Positions 59,977 through 64,000 of a stretch of 64,000 nt of DNA are shown here, in pieces; positions within the stretch are counted from its first letter, which is position 1; each line of letters opens with the position of its first letter. Position numbers and translations under genes: made by a program. Source of the DNA: Spirochaetota bacterium (GTDB taxonomy: Bacteria; Spirochaetota; UBA4802; JAFGDQ01); the NCBI GenBank assembly GCA_043803405.1, contig JAZDKB010000027.1:48536-112535 (forward strand), written 5' to 3'. The notes under the pieces are model-generated. The model was given only the letters and a program-made list of their open reading frames with translations. It did no database searches and had not been told where the DNA came from.

Positions 59977-61002
59977 ATGCGGGCAATGCTCTTAAAGAAG
60001 ATCGTTAAGCTTGCGGAAAACCGGGAGCCTCTGGAACTCGCTGAAGTTCCGGAACCGGTTCCCGCAGGGAACGAAATACTTGTAAGGGTATCTGCCTGCG
60101 GGGTCTGCCATACTGAACTGGACGAGATAGAAGGCAGAACGCCTCCGCCGGAATATCCTGTAATTCCGGGACACCAGATTGTCGGCATAGTAGAGAAAAC
60201 CGGGATCAATGCTGGAAAGCATAAACCCGGTGGCAGGGTAGGCATAGCATGGTTTTTTTCATCATGCGGAAAATGCAAATTCTGTCTCGAAGGCAATGAC
60301 AACCTGTGCACGGAATTCCGTGCTACTGGCAGGGACGCACATGGCGGTTACGCTGAGTACGTGACAGTGCCGGAAGATTCGGCCTTTCAGATCCCGGACA
60401 TTTTTACAGACCTCGAAGCCGCTCCGCTGCTCTGCGCAGGAACTATTGGATACAGATCGCTTAAACTCGCAAATATGAGAGACGGGGAGAACCTGGGGCT
60501 GGTCGGTTTCGGGGCTTCCGCTCATCTCGTAATTCAAATGGCAGCCCATCTTTATCCGAAATCGAAGATATTTGTTTTTGCAAGGAATGAAGGCGAAAGA
60601 AAGTTCGCGAAAGAACTGGGCGCGTTCTGGGCCGGAGATATTTCCGAAAGCCCGCCGGAGAAGCTTCATTCCGCAATAGACACAACACCTGCATGGAAGC
60701 CGATTGTCGAAGCTTTAAAGAATCTGGAAAGCAATGGCAGGCTTGTGATAAATGCTATACGCAAGGAAGAGGCCGATAAGGATGCGCTCCTAAAGCTCGA
60801 TTATCCGTCGCATCTGTGGCTCGAAAAGGAAATAAAGAGCGTTGCAAACGTGGCACGGAGCGATGTGAAGGAATTTCTGAAGCTTGCAGCGGAGATACCT
60901 ATTAAGCCCGAAGTGCAGGCATACAGCCTTGAAGAAGCGAATAAAGCCCTTGTTGAACTTAAGCAAAGCAAGATACGCGGGGCAAAGGTGCTTAAGATAT
61001 GA
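59977..61002 (+). CDS. Zinc-dependent alcohol dehydrogenase (AdhP-like)
   Basis: CGVCHTE, PGHQ, CGKCKFC...C, PLLCAG and GFGASA. Confidence 0.93.
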   Translation: MRAMLLKKIVKLAENREPLELAEVPEPVPAGNEILVRVSACGVCHTELDEIEGRTPPPEYPVIPGHQIVGIVEKTGINAGKHKPGGRVGIAWFFSSCGKCKFCLEGNDNLCTEFRATGRDAHGGYAEYVTVPEDSAFQIPDIFTDLEAAPLLCAGTIGYRSLKLANMRDGENLGLVGFGASAHLVIQMAAHLYPKSKIFVFARNEGERKFAKELGAFWAGDISESPPEKLHSAIDTTPAWKPIVEALKNLESNGRLVINAIRKEEADKDALLKLDYPSHLWLEKEIKSVANVARSDVKEFLKLAAEIPIKPEVQAYSLEEANKALVELKQSKIRGAKVLKI

Positions 61003-61045
61003 CTCGATGGAACGATAATTGGAAGATTTTATAGTCTCAGTTCGT

Positions 61046-61300
61046 TCAATAATGATAACGTATTTGTGCGATCATTATTGAATTTTTTTCTATTTTATAA
61101 ACGATTCTGTGTTCATTATTTATCCTTCTCGACCAGTAACCTGCTAAACTGTGTTTTAATGCTTCCGGTTTCCCGATCCCTTTGTATTTGTTTCTTTGAA
61201 TATCCAGGATCAGTTCATTCACACGGTTAAGGATTTTTTTATCTGTTTGCTGCCAGTAAAGATAATCCTTCCACGCATTTTCGGAAAAAATTATTATCAT
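61046..61300 (-). CDS. yoeB: Txe/YoeB family toxin
   Basis: AWKDYLYWQ, GIGKPEALK, WSRRINNEHR and RYHY. Confidence 0.96.
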   Translation of the reverse strand: MIIIFSENAWKDYLYWQQTDKKILNRVNELILDIQRNKYKGIGKPEALKHSLAGYWSRRINNEHRIVYKIEKNSIMIAQIRYHY

Positions 61301-61548
61301 CTGATAAGTTCCCGCTGTTTTCCTTTGCCGGCTTTTAACTCTTCAATTGATTCCAGCAGTCGTTTTGCGTTTTTAGGGCTTTGTAGAAGATATGTGGTTT
61401 CAGTAAGAGATTCATAATCTTCCAATGACATAATAATTACGGATTCATTGTTTTTCCGTGTTACAATTACGGGATTATGATCATCACAGACTTTTCTCAT
61501 GGTGCTTGCCAGGTTGCTTCTTGCGGCAGTATATGTAATAGCTTTCAT
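61297..61548 (-). CDS. yefM: YefM antitoxin (start ATG 61548)
   Basis: MKAITYTAARSNL...ETTYLLQSPKNAKRL, 83 aa; 4-nt overlap with the toxin. Confidence 0.95.
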   Translation of the reverse strand: MKAITYTAARSNLASTMRKVCDDHNPVIVTRKNNESVIIMSLEDYESLTETTYLLQSPKNAKRLLESIEELKAGKGKQRELIR

Positions 61549-61589
61549 ATGGTTCCTCTTTCGGATGATGAATCCTTTTAAATATATTA

Positions 61590-61611
61590 CATGTACAATA
61601 TATTGTGCATG
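61590..61611. promoter_or_regulatory. yefM-yoeB autoregulatory operator
   Basis: CATGTACAATATATTGTGCATG: TGTACA and TGTGCA cores 12 bp apart, as known for YefM operators. Confidence 0.75.
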
Positions 61612-61711
61612 TGCAGACATGTCAATATATTTTATAGCTATTGCCTCAGCGAATTTGTTAGATTAAATATTTTAAGCTTTCTCCGGGATGATCCATATTT
61701 TTAGATATGCT

Positions 61712-63466
61712 TTATATCCCCACGTAATCGTTTTCACGGAACCGGAAATAGCCTTTCTCAGTAATGCGCATAAACGGAATAGCTGCTGACGAAAGAGCAG
61801 AAAGCGTTAGATGCACGGAGCGCAGCTTTGAGCCGAGTTCTTCGGCTTTCTTCTGAAAAGCGATCATGCCTGCCTGTACCTCTTCGATCGGCTTTTCGGG
61901 AATGTAGCCCCCGACTGGGAAGGGTATATCGACCAGCACTTTGCCTCCGGACGCAAGCACAGACCCGCCCTGATGCCCTATGACCGTATTTACTGCGAGA
62001 GCGATATCCTCGTCGCCTGCTCCAACTGCAACAATCGATGAAGCATCCCACGAGTGCGTAGTGGCAATTGCGCCCGACTTAATGCCGATGCCGCGTATAA
62101 AGCCTGTGAACTTCTTTGCTTTGCCTGTGGCCCTGTCTATAAAGACTACCTTCAGCAGATCGTTTTGCGGGTCTGCGAATATCTTTCCGTCCGAAGCAGA
62201 CACGTTTGCAGATCCTTCCTTAACCACAAGCCCGTTCGACTGGACATCCATTGTCCTTACAGAGCCGGGATTTGAACACTTTGAAGCAGATACGGAAAAA
62301 TCCTTTGGCGAGGTTAAAGGAACATTGACGGTATTCAGCATTGCCTTCTTATACGGCAAATGCTTAAGCTCAGCATTCACAGCGCCGTTTTCAAATATTA
62401 TGCTGCCGTTTGAAATAACAAAATCAGGTTTAATGACATCCGGGCCTGGCAGAATAAGTATATCGGCGTATCTGCCCGGAGCAATACCTCCTATGAGATG
62501 GTCCATATGATAATGCTCAGCAGGATTAATCGTAGACATGCATATTGCGTCAATCGGGGAAATTCCCATAGTTATCGCGTTCTGTATTACATTGTTGAAA
62601 TACCCGAACTTAAGCAGGTACTCTGCGTCAACGCCGTCTGTGCACAGGATGCATCTGCGCAGATCTATTTTGCCTATAAGGGATTTGAGGCTGCCTATGT
62701 CGTCCCTTATATAACCCTGGCGCAGTATCGCGTAGAAGCCCATCTCCAGCCTGTTCAAAACATCCTCGGCAGATACAGCTTCGTGGCACGACACAGCCCC
62801 TGCGCACGCGTAAGCCGCGAGCCTTTTGTCCGCTGCGCCTGCTGCGTGTCCCTCAACTGCCTTGCCTGCTTTGATCGTCTCCCGCATAAGAGCGAACACG
62901 CGCTTGTCCGGAGTAAGAATGATGTTCTGCCAGTACGATTCGCCCAGCCCAAGAACATCTTCCATCTTCAATAAATTTTTTATTTCCTCAGGAGTAACCG
63001 CGAAGTGGCCGGATGATTTGCTCGTTGATACCATTGCAGGCACAGTGCAGAAGAACTTGACAGGCCGGTTCCTTATCTGTTCAAGGAACATCTTAAAACC
63101 CTTTGCTCCGAGCGCAAAGCCGTAGCTGTCGACTTCCGTAATGTAAGTGGTTGTGCCTCCGGGTATCGCGTATTTTAAGAGATCGGGGATGCTGTAGAAA
63201 CTGGTGATGTGCGTGTGGCCGTCTACAAAGCCCGGGCAAATGACGCGGCCCCCTGCGTCAATTACGCGCGTATCTTTACCGACCGCATAACCCGCGTCCG
63301 GACCAACATACGATATCCATTTCCCGTACACAGCCACAGAGCGGCCAGGCAGCATGCGACGCGTGTATACATCCATCAGAACGCCGTTTTTAATTACAAT
63401 ATCTGCAGGCTTATTGCCCAGAGAAGCTTCAACAAGATTGCCGTTGTTTTCATTGTGCGGGAACAT
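61712..63466 (-). CDS. Adenine deaminase family protein (divergent)
   Basis: PGFVDGHTH, GTTT, EGHA, CHE, CTD, STINPA, GGIAPGRYAD; C-terminal GAIATT. Confidence 0.82.
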   Translation of the reverse strand: MFPHNENNGNLVEASLGNKPADIVIKNGVLMDVYTRRMLPGRSVAVYGKWISYVGPDAGYAVGKDTRVIDAGGRVICPGFVDGHTHITSFYSIPDLLKYAIPGGTTTYITEVDSYGFALGAKGFKMFLEQIRNRPVKFFCTVPAMVSTSKSSGHFAVTPEEIKNLLKMEDVLGLGESYWQNIILTPDKRVFALMRETIKAGKAVEGHAAGAADKRLAAYACAGAVSCHEAVSAEDVLNRLEMGFYAILRQGYIRDDIGSLKSLIGKIDLRRCILCTDGVDAEYLLKFGYFNNVIQNAITMGISPIDAICMSTINPAEHYHMDHLIGGIAPGRYADILILPGPDVIKPDFVISNGSIIFENGAVNAELKHLPYKKAMLNTVNVPLTSPKDFSVSASKCSNPGSVRTMDVQSNGLVVKEGSANVSASDGKIFADPQNDLLKVVFIDRATGKAKKFTGFIRGIGIKSGAIATTHSWDASSIVAVGAGDEDIALAVNTVIGHQGGSVLASGGKVLVDIPFPVGGYIPEKPIEEVQAGMIAFQKKAEELGSKLRSVHLTLSALSSAAIPFMRITEKGYFRFRENDYVGI

Positions 63467-63591
63467 AGTTTTTTCTCCTGTAATAATTTAATAAAGATTA
63501 TTTGAGACAACCCCATTCTATATTCATTATTATAATAAAAAAATCAATTATATTTATGTTTCTGTTAAAAAGCTGCATCAGGTAATGCATC

Positions 63592-63850
63592 GGCATTGTA
63601 TGGCATTTTCCCTGGCCGGTATAGCAATTTGCTATCCGGAACGGCATTTTTCCTGTCCGGCACCCCAAATTGGGGCAGCAGCATAGGAAGTTGCCGTCCG
63701 GCATCCCGAAACCGGGGTATTTTACGGCAAATTTGGGGTATTGGTATAGGAATGTTTCCATTCCAAATGGCAATTTCCCTGAACCGGACGGCAATTTGCC
63801 AGGCAGATACCCCAAATTCCCTGCCTTGTGCTTCAAGGCCGGGGCATTTT
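63592..63850. repeat. Degenerate ~21-bp tandem array of short palindromic units
   Basis: About 11-12 units with cores like GGCAAATTGCC / CCCCAAATTGGGG spaced 20-22 nt apart. Confidence 0.65.
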
Positions 63851-63861
63851 ACGCCAATGTC

Positions 63862-64000
63862 GAGAGTGTAATATTTTTTGTGTAAACAGATATTAGATAT
63901 TCACTCTATCTCCAAAATGTATAGCAAACTGATTCAATGCAAGCCCCCATTCGACAATAGGCCTTGTCCATTTTCTGGATATATTTGTTATTGCCAGATA
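63862..64000 (-). mobile_element. IS256-family insertion sequence, 3' end
   Basis: Terminal repeat-like GAGAGTGTAATATTTTTTGTGTAAAC at 63862-63887, just past the transposase stop. Confidence 0.8.
63893..64000 (-). CDS. IS256-family transposase, C-terminal 35 aa (partial; not in the ORF track)
   Basis: YLAITNISRKWTRPIVEWGLALNQFAIHFGDRVNI*, the typical KW..P...W..ALNQF.I.F.DR terminus. Confidence 0.85.
   Translation of the reverse strand, partial: YLAITNISRKWTRPIVEWGLALNQFAIHFGDRVNI

Noticed and set aside
341..63505. Numerous 60-200 aa ORFs antisense to or nested in longer genes
   Set aside because: Shadow ORFs of well-supported genes with no motifs of their own
63592..63850. CRISPR array
   Set aside because: No identical direct repeats, the period is too short, and there are no cas genes in the window
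63498..63885. Three overlapping ORFs of 71-112 aa as real genes
   Set aside because: They are open on both strands because of the repeat array and show no recognisable domain

Overview
Bacterial chromosomal window, AT-rich and mostly minus-strand, probably from an anaerobic Spirochaetota-like organism (inferred from the lipoprotein/CsgG-like repertoire, not proven). The housekeeping backbone includes nadE, nadA, tsaD, ctpA, lepB, guaA, purE, yhbY, CDF and NRAMP/MgtE metal transporters, TRAP dctPQM, an ACP-ketosynthase-acyltransferase trio, yefM-yoeB and an adenine deaminase-family gene. The 3' end of an IS256-family element lies at the right edge. Main observations: (1) a Tat-exported, probably lipidated formate-dehydrogenase-like alpha/beta pair whose Sec/Cys metal ligand is Ser and whose other cofactor-contact motifs are degenerate; (2) a 13.5 kb plus-strand array of nine exported proteins, eight of them lipoproteins with a shared leader but unrelated cargo domains, headed by a gingipain-family (C25) protease; (3) repeated, identically spaced ECF-type promoter motifs in that array, one matching the region upstream of an ECF sigma factor 20 kb away, which itself heads an anti-sigma/CsgG-like/FG-GAP lipoprotein operon; (4) a long structured 5' leader on a solute-binding-protein gene; (5) a degenerate 21-bp-period palindromic array next to the IS. 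All family assignments come from motif recognition by eye; no searches were run.
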